Shown in pieces: positions 10,806 to 27,700 of a DNA stretch of 64,000 nt. The first letter of the stretch is position 1; the number at the start of each line of letters is the position of its first letter. This DNA comes from Hyphochytrium catenoides (lineage: Eukaryota; Protista; Hyphochytriomycota). A program made the position numbers and the translations under genes. Location of the stretch: positions 1-64,000 of the forward strand of contig FLMG01003587.1 of assembly GCA_900088475.1 (NCBI GenBank), written 5' to 3'. The notes beneath the pieces were generated by a model that did no database searches, had not been told where the DNA came from, and saw only the letters and a list, made by a program, of their open reading frames with translations.

Positions 10806-11269
10806 GCTTCTTTGTCCTGATTTTGACCCTACCCTAGTCGACCTGCCGTCGTTGAGCTCATACTCCCTATATCAGCTCCTTCTTCTCTTCTCCTCTTTCG
10901 TCCCATCATCTCTGACACACATACTGCTGCAGCGAAACATTTTAACCACGCGATTAGCTAGGTGGAGGAGGAGGATGGATGTTGACACTCTTATTCTAAA
11001 GCAGTACCACCACTAATAAAGACATTTTCTTTGAGGAGCTTTTGCACTCTCGATCAGGGTGCTGGTACACCTGCCCACCGCTACATTTGTGCTCATCCAT
11101 TATCTCTCTCGTGCCAGATCTCTTCTCCAAGCAGCAGCAGCCATGAGAGTCAGAGGACTTTATCAGTCAGGCAGGTCATATTAGCATTTCCTTTTCTCAG
11201 AGAAGAAGGGAGCCAGGGAATGTTCAAGCACCAGCACCTACAAGTAGATAACAACAATCCAAGCTCTTC

Positions 11270-11772
11270 TTTTCCCTTCTGCTGCTGCTGCTGTTCTTCT
11301 TCTGCTTGATGCTGCTGCTGCTCTATTTATTGTTCGTTGGCCCTCAAGCTTACCACCATAACCATCAGAACCTTCGTTCCATCATCTTGCATATGAGATA
11401 TACAAAGCCCGACCTTACTCTTCTCTCGTCCTCCTTCGTCTTCATGTTTATGATCCTGATCTTGCCCTTAGCGTCGTGGAGTAGTAGACGACAGCAGCAT
11501 CAACAATAATGGTCATGGCTGGCTGGCGTTCAACGCCTCTGGTTTTCCTCTGCTGGATCGACCCCTCCTCATCATCATCACACAGAGTTCTCCTGCCATG
11601 TCCAACCGACGATAAGCCAAGGAGAGCAACTTCTTCTTCTTCTTCTTCAGATCATCATCAGCACTTTGTCCGTCATCACCGGCGGTCCATCCCCGCAGCA
11701 GTGGCAGGCAGCAGCGGCTCGCGCATTCACCATCATCAATCATCATAGCAGATCCTCATCTATCATCATCTA
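11270..11772. repeat. Low-complexity trinucleotide region (TGC, TCA/CAT, TCT runs)
   Basis: Directly visible short triplet runs. No credible ORF. Confidence 0.7.
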
Positions 11773-12266
11773 TAGATATTGGCCGGGCCGAACCCTCCAC
11801 TATCTTCTCCTAACATCTCAACCACCTCCAGCCTGGTACCGCTAACGCCTAGCAATCGGACCTTCAACAGCTCCTTAATACAACTATACAAGAACAAGCG
11901 ATAGCCAGAAGCCAGCTAAAGCGCTGACCGTTAGTGGTTATCAGATGTGGGGAAAAGCTGGTGGGCAGTGGCGCAAGAAGAATCAGAGAGAGGATCTTCC
12001 TCCTCGTGCCCGTTCGCCTCTAGAATGTAGGCAGAAGGTGTGGCTGCTCAGTTGAGGGCCAAGCCAATCGCTCCAGTTCTTCAAGAAGCTCAGACTCTTG
12101 ACAGCCCTTTAATTAACCCTTTGTTCTGCATGCTCTGGGGTGGCGGAAGCCTCTGGGATGCCGTAGATAGTCCCGCGCTTTGCTTCTTCCTACTTTCTGT
12201 GAGAGGAACGACAGCATCGAGTCTCTTAAAAATAGGGCAGCATCGAAGGACGGCCTTCGTGGTGTC

Positions 12267-16010
<3,744 letters not shown>

Positions 16011-16040
16011 AGAGAGAAGAAAAGGAAGCAGATTCACTTA

Positions 16041-16046
16041 TTTATT
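16041..16046 (-). promoter_or_regulatory. AATAAA polyadenylation signal for ECHS1
   Basis: About 35 nt downstream of the TAG. Same-strand AATAAA also follows the GPI gene (11015-11020 +), UGGT (30610-30615 -) and B9D2 (47679-47684 -). Confidence 0.55.
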
Positions 16047-16079
16047 AGCCATCAAAGAAAGGATCAATGGCCATCTGCT

Positions 16080-17749
<1,670 letters not shown>

Positions 17750-18024
17750 CGTTATGCCAGCGGGGCTAATAGAATCTACGTCTTGTCACCAGACCGAGTA
17801 GTCAGAGCTTTGCAGCAGTGGAAGTGCAGGTCAGTGTCAGCTTCATCTCCACATCCAAGTTCCGCTCTCCACATCATCCGAAAGCCCATCTTCAACCCGC
17901 AAGCTGCTCTGTCAAGGCCAATGACAGATCTTTCGTGTCATCAGTCATCGGAGCCGACGAGAAAACTGATTTTCAAAATTAACTAAGTTGAATCATAATG
18001 TGATAACCCTATCAGTGGGAAACC

Positions 18025-21000
18025 CTATGATAACTTCTGGAGCACCAGCCGTAGATCTTTATGAAGATTCTGGATGAAGATCGCTACTCTATTGGATTGT
18101 CTCACACTATACTCTTGTTGAGCTTCAATCCTTCTTTGCGTTATACTAGTGCTTGACGGTCTCCATGGCTGAAAGGAGGCGCGGAATGGAGACCTGAAGG
18201 CCGTTCTGTCAGGGATCAGACCATACTTGGGCAAGGGTCGGCATATCGCATTGAAAGTTCTGACTCGCGTCAGGGTGCTGGTTATGCAGACATAGTAGGA
18301 GCCACTAGGAAACCAGAGCCTAACAGGCTGCTCCGCGTGAAGGGAGAGTCTCTACCACTCTCCGCTGAGTCCGCCGCCGTCCACTTTCGAGCTCACCAAT
18401 GCGCTTCTTGAGATACTGAATGTAACTCCAAGCGGCGTCCGGTACCGAGCTATAAAAGGCCTTTTGCGATAAATAGATTGATTGAATAACTTACGTATGA
18501 CCGACAGTCTACGCTTAGGCCCAACAGGTGCACTCAGAGGGTATTGCATGGCAAAGGAGACAGAGATCTTCAGCTTTTTGACCCAGTACTTTGGGACTGT
18601 CGTTATCTTGTGCGCCACCGATGTCGCCAGAAGGTCGCTCCATGTCCGCCTGGACATCACCGTGTCGTGGTTGGATGTCGTCTTGTGGCACTACCAGTTC
18701 CTCCTGATTCCCTATCAACGTGACTTGACCGTCATGGGCAGTGTCGGACATCCTCCTCCTTGCGTTGATACTCTGAGAGCGCCTTCTTCTCTTTTCTTTC
18801 CTCAGAAGTTCCTGCGTCACCTTACTCATTCTCTCTTCCAACAACTTTTGAGCTTGTAGCTGCAATTGACGGTGTTTTTCATAGTTGGCCTCCATTCTTG
18901 ACTGCCTACGCTGTTGGCTGTTCGTGGAATGGCTCTGAAGGCTTGTTTTGTCATCCTCAGCCATAGTTTCGGAAGTACACGTCCTCGCGGTCAACGTAGT
19001 CTGAGAAAAGAGATGGGGAGCGAGGCCATTGGCACTTAGAAAGGGCAATGTATGGAGTCATAGAACTACAGCTGCACGGCATAGAAATCCGTTGCCCTTA
19101 CCAGTGAGTCCGTTGTCCTTATCAGTGGACTGCATGTCATTCCCTCTGACTCGTGAGTCTCGGAGGCCAAGGAGATAGAGGACTGTTCATGTTCTTCCAG
19201 CTGTGGCCCTGTAAAGCCCGCTCTGGACTCCTCTCCAGCTAAACCAGGACAGGGCGGATCTTGGCTTTCTTCTGCCGTTACCTTCCTCTCTACTGGCAAG
19301 GAATGGCTCCTCCCTCGCGGCTTTGGTCGCCCTGCCTCTTGGGCTTTTAATCCCTTAATCTGAACAAAGGTGTCAGGACTTATTAGACAGTATCGGGTCA
19401 TATCCCTCAAGGCTGCATAAGGTATAAATGAAGGATACAGAGGCAGCCAGAGATCGAGAGGATGGAGATGGAAGGGCAAACGGCCAGACAGGAGAAGGAA
19501 TGGACGGTCAAGAGCCAAGGAACAATGTAGAGCGTTTGTCCATCGGAAGCCACTCCCTACCTCAATAAGGTGCCAACAGCCTCTCAGATCTTTTACGAAC
19601 TCCATTCCCATCTCCGAGAGGCGGAACTTCATTCCTACAATGTGACAGCAGCCAGTTAGGGGTCGGTGACGAAGCTGGGAGGGTACTAGCAGACGTCTGT
19701 CGAAAGGAAGAGGAGGTCTGAGGAGAGAGGTACGAGTTCGAGAGCCCAAGGAAACATGAGATAGCGGATAAGTCTGACCACACTGAGCATCCAGGTCCTG
19801 CACAAGTTGGAGCACCAAGACCTCTAAGTCCTTCTCTGCCAGGACCTATGACAAAGCGCATATTAGGGGAAGGTGGTAGGGCAATGGTGAGAGCTAGAGA
19901 TTGACGAAAGAAGGAAGCTTGAGCAGAAAATGACTCTGCCTACCACTGGCAGAGCTTCTGCCCGGCACCCGTGAAGCGAGCTTGTACTTGGGCAGAAAGT
20001 GGTGGTGCGCGCGTCAGCGTCCTCTTCCCCTTGGCCAGTTGCTGGATCGGATGCTGCTTCAACAGGGGAGGAAACTTTCCACATCAAAATTGGATTAAGG
20101 GCCTTCCTCCGCCACCAGACACGGACAACCCTGGACAGGAAGGAGGGAGAGATGGGAAGAGAAGTTACCTTAGCGGGAGGACGCTAAGACGAGCTGACAT
20201 CTAGGAGGAGTTCTCCCTAGTATAAGAATAGCAGGCAAGAAGACACCAGATCGGGCCTACCACTCCCTACGATTAGCCGTTAGGTAGGCTCTTCACTCCT
20301 GTCCACTGACTCCTAGTTCTACTCTCTCTCGCTCAGTGAACCTACCAGTGGTTGGCCTCCGCTGTACTGGAGGTATACCTTTGGATGGCGAAGGAGGTTG
20401 GGAGGCTCTTGCTCCTCCGCAGAGTTCCCTCTTCGAGCTCCTGAAAGCGCTCCAAAAGCTGCAAACTACCCTGAGGGTCTACCAGATACACCGTTCTCGC
20501 TTCTTCTCAGTTGTCCTTGTTCTCCTTCCTCCTTCTCCTCTCCCTACGTTCCACTTATCACTTCCTTCTTTCCTATAAGCTAACTCTTTCCCCTGGGCTA
20601 TCTCACAGTAGTAGCCTCTCACTGATCTGGGGAAGCATGCTTCTCCTCTCCCCCGATTGTTTAATCTTCATTAGTATCTCTCCTTCACGTACCTCTCGCC
20701 GACTGTATAAAGGATAAACGGCATTACCGCCCTTCAATCTTCGAACCTTGACGACGGCAAGCGGATGGCCTAACAAGCACATGGTAAGCCAGATTGTTAG
20801 GATGCGCTAGAGGCAAGATCGGATGCAGTGTTTTTAAACAGGCGAGCAGTCAAATGAGACCGGGACCGTCATAGGGATAGATGCTTGATAATGGAGAAGA
20901 CTGGACAAGAACAGGACCATCCAACTGAGTTCTTCCCAAGGAGTCGGTTCTTTCTCTTCTCCTGCCCGTAGTTGGCCAAATTACCTACAGACCACAGCGC

Positions 21001-23464
21001 GAACTTACCTCGCGTTGTGTCTCCATCAGCCATGAGCCGGGCTATGATTGCCTCCTTATACTCTGTCATCTCGTCATGGTCGGCTAGACAATGCAGACGG
21101 ACAACATTCCTGCTTTCTCCTTCCACTCTGGAACTAAACAGCCAGAAAAATGACATCTTCCGATCTGCATCAAGTGAATGTTGGGAATCATCAGACAAAT
21201 GATGAAGATGCTAAACCAAAGACGTAAAATATAATACGCGCCGGACAGCGAGACCGCTGGCTCGAGACACAGATGGAAGAAAGAGGTGGAAGAAGCGGTA
21301 GGAATTGAAGATAGAGGGTAGAAGTCCGTCTCCATTCCCTGCTTTCGCTCTCTCCTAAGCCAGCCCATCGCGGTCTTCTCCGCTTCACCCTTTGCAGCTG
21401 TTGTCGTACCTAGGGTCTCAACTATGAACGTGTCAACTATTGGAACCTTCAATCTCACTCCGTCCAGGAGTTTGAAGAACTGTGGCCCAGCACGGAGGGA
21501 TCCCTGCTGATGCTGGAGAGAGGAGAACGAGATCACATCCAGAAGCGCTTGCTTTTCTTTCTTCTCCCTCTCAGAGAGGGCGTCTGTCACTCTCTTTGGC
21601 GGCACAGGGATCTTTGTCCTTGTTACTCGTGCCCCTTGCGAAGCGCCCTCCGTATCTGGGGCTTCAGAACGAGGGCTGCTCTCTTTCTGGGGTCCACAAT
21701 TTGCGGAAGCGCTAATGGCCTGTGCCTTATCTCTCTGCTTGGTTTTAGGGTGCTTTGCTACCTTCCTTTTGCCCGCCTTCTGCCGTAGACTGCAGGTTTC
21801 CAGTGACTCTTCGTCTCCCAGAGAATCCCTCACCTCTTCGGCATGTGCTTGAGTGAGATGAGGAGCTGTTTCAACGGAAGAATGGGAAGGGGCAGTGGAG
21901 GAAGAACCAATATCTTCTTCGCGACTCTCTTGATTGAAGGAGGAGGGAGGAGGAGAAGTACAAGGCCCCGGAAGCTGTTCCATATGAAAGCAAAGATAGA
22001 GGACGAGGGTGGGATATGAGGGTATGGACATTGCAAACAAACGGACAAGGGACAAGAACAGCGAAAGGAGGGGACAAACGATAGGACGGGGATACTGAGG
22101 AGCGAGCAAAGAGAGAGCACAAGCACTAAAGGTGGAAAAGCAGTGTGCCACGTTGATATACTGAATAGGGTCAATGTTCCTTACCCTTCCGCTTGACTCT
22201 GGGCACTCCTGATTTGAGGAACGGCATATTGCCTGTTCCCTCTGAGGGTGCTCCTTCTTCCCTCTACCTCGAATTTTATCTATGACCAAAAGGTAGTGGA
22301 GGAGTGGTCAGTGGAACAGAAAAGTTAGAGACACCAAGCAGAAGACGAAGCGCTGCGGATAAGGAGCGCTATGATGTAGGTCAAGAGCAGACAGAGAGCA
22401 CAGACCTCGCTTCCTCCCTTGTGGAACTTCTTCTCGCCGGAACTTTTGGTCAATGAGTGGGAAACTCAAGCGGTCTTCGTCTTTCTCTTCCCTCCTATCT
22501 ATTGATACTTCTCGGTCTGCCGCCTTTCCGTCGTGCTCTGCCTCTTCTGTCTCCGGCTGCGCAGAAGGCAAAAGTCTTCCCTTCTTCTGTAGGTTAGAGA
22601 GTATAGACTGTTTGATTAGCAGTCCATCGAGAGTGACGTCCTCACATTCCTTCGTAAGCGAGTTAATCCTCCTGGTGGGGAGAGGGAAAATGAGAGAGGA
22701 TAGGGTTAGAGAACAATAGGTTAGCCGGGAATCAGAGCTTAGGCTCTCAGGGGACTTGGTTAAGCGAAGGGCCAGCCGAGAACGGCAGCGATGGAGACAT
22801 GTTGAAGGTATGATGTAAGGAGACTGAGAACTCCAGTGAAAAATCCGGTTTCTCTCTCTCCCTATCTCTCTCTGTCTCGTTTACTGTCTTCTTACTCTTC
22901 AATTAGATCAATCTTCTCTACCACGCCTTCCTTCACATCTTTATTCGCCTTTCCTTGACTCTTGGCTAGTGCACCCAGAGAGGACGGTGCTCGGAAGTTT
23001 TTGGCATGATCAATGAGCTTCAGGAGCTGGCAGAGTGTCGCAGGGATGGAGTCCCAAACGGAGGCAAAGGATTGGCACGTAAGATCATTGCGGAGAAGCA
23101 CAGGTGACAGTCTAGGGCGTCCGAGGAATAACAGCGAAGGCAAGAACGAAATTGGAACGAGTAGAGATGAGCAACAGAGAGAAGGACCCAGAAGTAGGGG
23201 AACAAGAAACTGCAGTAGAATTAAGAGAGAGAGAGAGACAGGGAGAGAGACAGGGATGGGGGAGAAAGAAAGAAAAGACACAGACAGAAAGCGAGGGCGA
23301 GAGAACCGAGAGAAAGGAGCCACAGTGAGGGTGTTTATTTTCCAATCTACCTTGGCTGCTGCTTTCCTTCTGGCAGCTTCACTAGCTGCGGTCGCCACCT
23401 GAGAGCTAGCAAGCTTCCAGGCCGTCGACTTATCTGTCCGCAGATGGTTGACGAGATCTGCCAT
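18025..23464 (-). CDS. Multi-exon hypothetical protein with a divergent ATP-grasp (TTL/RimK-like) core and coiled-coil tail
   Basis: In-frame spliced segments LKVPIVDTFIV, SFAIQRYT, W|VVRVWWRRK and LSEMGMEFVKDLRGCWHLIE|IKG. Donor TCACTG|GTAAGG (~19101) joins the 18515-19048 frame. The 5' and 3' ends are uncertain. Confidence 0.6.
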
Positions 23465-24044
23465 CCTCACTGGAGAATCAATTTCCAGATCAGGCTTCAG
23501 CGGTCTTTCTTCGGAAAAGTCCTCTTCGAGGCCTGCTTGTCCCTAACTTTCCTCAATTGTTCGCTCTTCCTTCCCAGAATTTATGCCAAGCGTACGAGAG
23601 CCTCCTCCATGTTACATCGCTTGGAAAGCAAAGAGCTTTGTGTTGACCGGGAGAGCCTAACTATGGACAGCGCATATATAGGGAAGGACCACAAGGTTGA
23701 GAGACGTGCAGAGGAGGTGAAGACGATAACAATCTGGGGGAATAGAGCCAAAGGATGGAGAGGCTCCAGAGACCTCAGTATGAGAGCAAAGAAAGACTAG
23801 ACAGCTCTGAGATCATGAGGGCAGGAAAGTGACAGGACCAAGAGCACTAGAAGAGAAGAAAAGGCAGGACGTAGCATTGATGACGACAAGGAACAAGAAA
23901 GACAGTCGCAAGGGGGAAGGGAGGTGGGGAAGGAATATGCAGGAAGAGAGAGCGGAGAGAGAAAAGATAGAGAAGGAGAGAGAGAGAGAGGGGGAGAGAG
24001 AGGAGAAAGAGAGAGAGGCCTAAAAGTAGTGAGGACCTTGCGCA

Positions 24045-24050
<6 letters not shown>

Positions 24051-24102
<52 letters not shown>

Positions 24103-24470
24103 GCGAACCTATTGAGAGCAAGTTGAAGTCTGCGTCCATTATCGGGACGCCATCCAAATCGTGAACGTAAGATACTTCTTCGCAGAATAACGGGAATAGT
24201 TACAATACGGCTTCCAAATATGAGGCATAAAAACTGCCAGAAAAGACGTTACCAGCTGGCTTACGGTTTCATTCCTGATTGTAGCATAGATAATTCCCAA
24301 TATTTGAAATCATTTCCCGCGCAATCACAAACCGTAAGGCCAACCCTGGAGCACTCTCTCTCTCTCTCTCTCTCTCTGTTTTTTGTCTCTGTCTCTCTCT
24401 TTTTCTCTCTCTCTCGCTCTCTCTCGCTCTCTGGCCCCCTGCTCTCTCTCCCCTCTCCCCTCTCTCTTTG
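24051..24470 (+). repeat. (CT)n tracts in the divergent promoter region upstream of RECQL4
   Basis: Perfect run at 24051-24099 and an imperfect run at 24355-24470. Confidence 0.95.
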
Positions 24471-24771
24471 CTCCCTCCAACTTTCTATCATCGAAATACA
24501 TCTCACCTTTGACATCACTGTTCTGCGGACAGTCCATGCCTGGACTTCGAAGCTTCTCATCTCTTGGGACGTCTCTGTCCAATGTGTTCTCTCCCCTCCA
24601 CAAGCTATCACCGTCATGTGACTTGGCTCCTGGCCGATCTTTAGTCCTATTCCTTCTCACGACTGCCTGTTTTTGATGAGAGCCGCAGTGTGACGGATCC
24701 TCATCGTCATAGTGTGCTGTCTCTTGCTCGGTCTATCTCAATATATCTTAGTGGCACATTGAGGAAACAGG

Positions 24772-27700
24772 ATGGTGGGACTTAGCGATACCATGATCAT
24801 ACCAGGCACCCCACCAAGGGGAGCGCAGAGCGAACAGAGTGTCAGTAGCAAGGCAAAACCAGAGGAACTCCTCAGCAGTCACAGTGCCTCTGCTGCTCTC
24901 AAGGCTCTCCGTCAATCTCTTTTGACATGGGAAAAGACCTTCTTCCAAACCCATGGAAGACGACCAGCGAGAGAGGACATCGCGAATGACCAGCGCATGA
25001 AGGAGCAATACTCCAGATATAAGAGGCTCAAGACCGCACAAGACCACCAGCCGATTACTCAGGTAGCTGGATCGGAGCAAACAGCGCCTAAGAGAGGAAA
25101 GTTAGAGAACGATCCAAACAGAGAAGGTCCAGATAGAGCCGGGGAAAAGAAGACTGCGGATGCCGAAAGATTTAAAGATAGAGCACTACCGATGAGAGAA
25201 AGAAATGATCTCAAGAGTGATGAAAGTGGGACCAGTCGGCCATGGCTGAGAAAGTCAGAGCTATTGGCACAAGAACAGAGCAGAACAGGTGGTGGGAAAC
25301 TGGAAAGTCATGAGGAGCGTGATGGTGGCGGCTCGTGGCTCTCTCGGGCTCTGAAGAGGAAGAGAGAGGGAGCCAAGCCGAGCACGTTTGACGCCCGGTC
25401 ACGAACACAGATGCTGAGGGCGGCTGCCGCAGCTGGAGTGTCTACTAAGTCTGAGGGCCTCAAAGGTAAGTCACCGACACCGAGTACCCGTGCTCATAGG
25501 AGAGTAAGAAACTCCTGGGGAAAGAGGAAAGAGATCTCAAACGTTGAAAACCTTTCTCCAGTTCTTGGGCCTAACTATGACCTTCTTCGTTTGCTTTGCT
25601 CTACAGCCTTTAAGCGCGGAAGGCCTCTTTGTGTCCCTCCTAAAGGGCAACAAGAGACCGAGAGCCGGAGTGCTGCTAAACCTCTTCTTACGTCCCCGCT
25701 ACCCGTGGCTTGGCAGCGGGGAGAACCAGAATATGCGGCTACTGTGGACGGGGTGGCTCCAGGGCGAGGTAACGTACCCTCAGCTCCAATAGAAAGCAGA
25801 CCTGAACGCCACCAGCCAGCGCCAAATTCTAAAGCAACCAGCGGGAACGTTGGAAGGGAAAGAGAGGATGCAGAGGTGACGCCTGTCGCCAGTGATTATG
25901 GTTTGGAAAGCGAGAACAGACCCTTCTCCGCGGAGCAACTTCGCATTGGAGCTGCGCTTAGTGTAAGCCGAGCCTCCAACCCCTTCCGTCGCCGGCTGCA
26001 GGACGTGGCACATGACACAGAGTACATGGCCAGAGCATCTAGAGCACTGCACACTCTCTCCAAGCGGAAGGAAGAGGAAGACAAAAAGGTGGCGAGGGCG
26101 AGAGAAGAGAACAAAAAGGGGGATGCAGAGATACTAAAGGGGCTGCCGGATGCAGGAGAGAAAATAACTTCGTTTGATCATCACACTGACGAAGCCAACA
26201 AAGAACAGACGGGTCCTAGGACGCTACTCCCAGATAGCAGGCAAGGCAAAGTCTGTCCTGACCTGGAAAGCGGGACGAAGGACCAAGCTGGCGAGAAGCC
26301 ACTCGCGGAAGAGAAAGGAAGACAAGCGAAGGAAAGAAAGAGAAAGATGGTGGTCAGCGACAACTTCGTCCGCATGGATCTGAAAAAGAAATACAAAGGT
26401 AAAAGGAAGGTCAATCGTCGCTCTGATTGGGGCACTCGACACTCCAACCGCGAGCTGCACTCAGAGTGGAACTCTGACGAAAAGCGCAAAATGAAGCAAA
26501 GGAAGCGACAAAGAAGCAGAGACAGCGAGCTGCAGGATGTCATAGCTCACTATTTGGATAGGGAAGGACGGCCAGCAGACCCACTGCCTCCTTCTGCGCT
26601 CTCAAGTTTAATCTCTACCTCCCCTTCTTGTTTTGAGCCTCTGTGCTATGGACACGGCATTCCTGGCAAGCTTTTGAAGGTTAAAAAAGCAGGTACGTTT
26701 ACTTTGCTTCCCTTCCTCTGCTAGTACGATTGACTTGACTTTATCCTGCACAAGCGCTAACATAATAGGCATTCCTATTCTGGGCTCCAGCCTGAGCTGT
26801 CTCTTTCACTTTTGTTGTCGCTGTAAGACTTGGACTCGGATCTTTCTCCCAGCTAACCTTATCTTCATAACGTGGTCAGGAATGAACAAGGGACGTCCCT
26901 TCTACGTCTGCTCCCTTCCTCGTGAGATGCGATGTGACTTCTTTCTTTGGGCCGATGACGACTACAAACAAGCCCTAGAAAAGCTATCCAGACTCTCTCA
27001 AGAAGAGGAAAAGACCAGTGGAGTTGCAGCTGTGCGATGGGTGAAGGAGGAGGAAGAGGAGTGGAAGCGTAGGATGGAGAGGACACTCACGGTGAAAGAT
27101 GTGAAGCGCATGCTGAAGAAGACGGGTCTCACGTTGAATGGTAAAAAGAAAGAGATGATCCAGAGGCTCAGCGATTACAGAGCGGCAAAACGGCTCAAGA
27201 GTCTTCAGCCCAGTCCGGAGGAGATAGGGCCAAAGGAAAAAATGGCCACTGACAATGTTCAAGGCGATGAATTTAATGAAAAGGAGACGATTCAGAATGG
27301 CGAGCAGACAATGGGGATGGACGTAGACGAAGATCAAGTAGAAGAGAATTGCTTGAAGGAGGGCTGTAGAGACAAGAAGACTTCCAAGAGACTGCACTCT
27401 CTCCTTAGGTCGGTCTTCGGGTGCCAAGAGTTCCGGCCTGGTCAAGAATGGGCTATCTCTCGCGCTCTTGAAGGAAAGAGCTCATTGCTTCTTCTCCCTA
27501 CCGGAGGAGGAAAGTCTCTCACTTTCCAACTCCCTTCTATCCTTCTCCCTCATCTCACTCTAGTTATCTCCCCGTTGGTATCACTTATGAGAGATCAGGT
27601 AGATAGATTACCGCCAGAGGTGCCAGGCGCGTGCTTGCGCAGCGGGATGAGTGCCAAAGAGACTGCCTCTGTTCTCTATAGCTTAAGGATGAAGCTTGTT

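Noticed and set aside
18002-18035. Telo-box-like AAACCCTA/TAACCCTA upstream of ECHS1
   Set aside because: Isolated short matches that also occur in introns elsewhere. No telomeric array.
19430-19438. Perfect U12 donor-like GTATCCTTC on the minus strand
   Set aside because: It lies inside an ordinary GT-AG intron (WHLIE|IKG) and is not needed to keep the frame.
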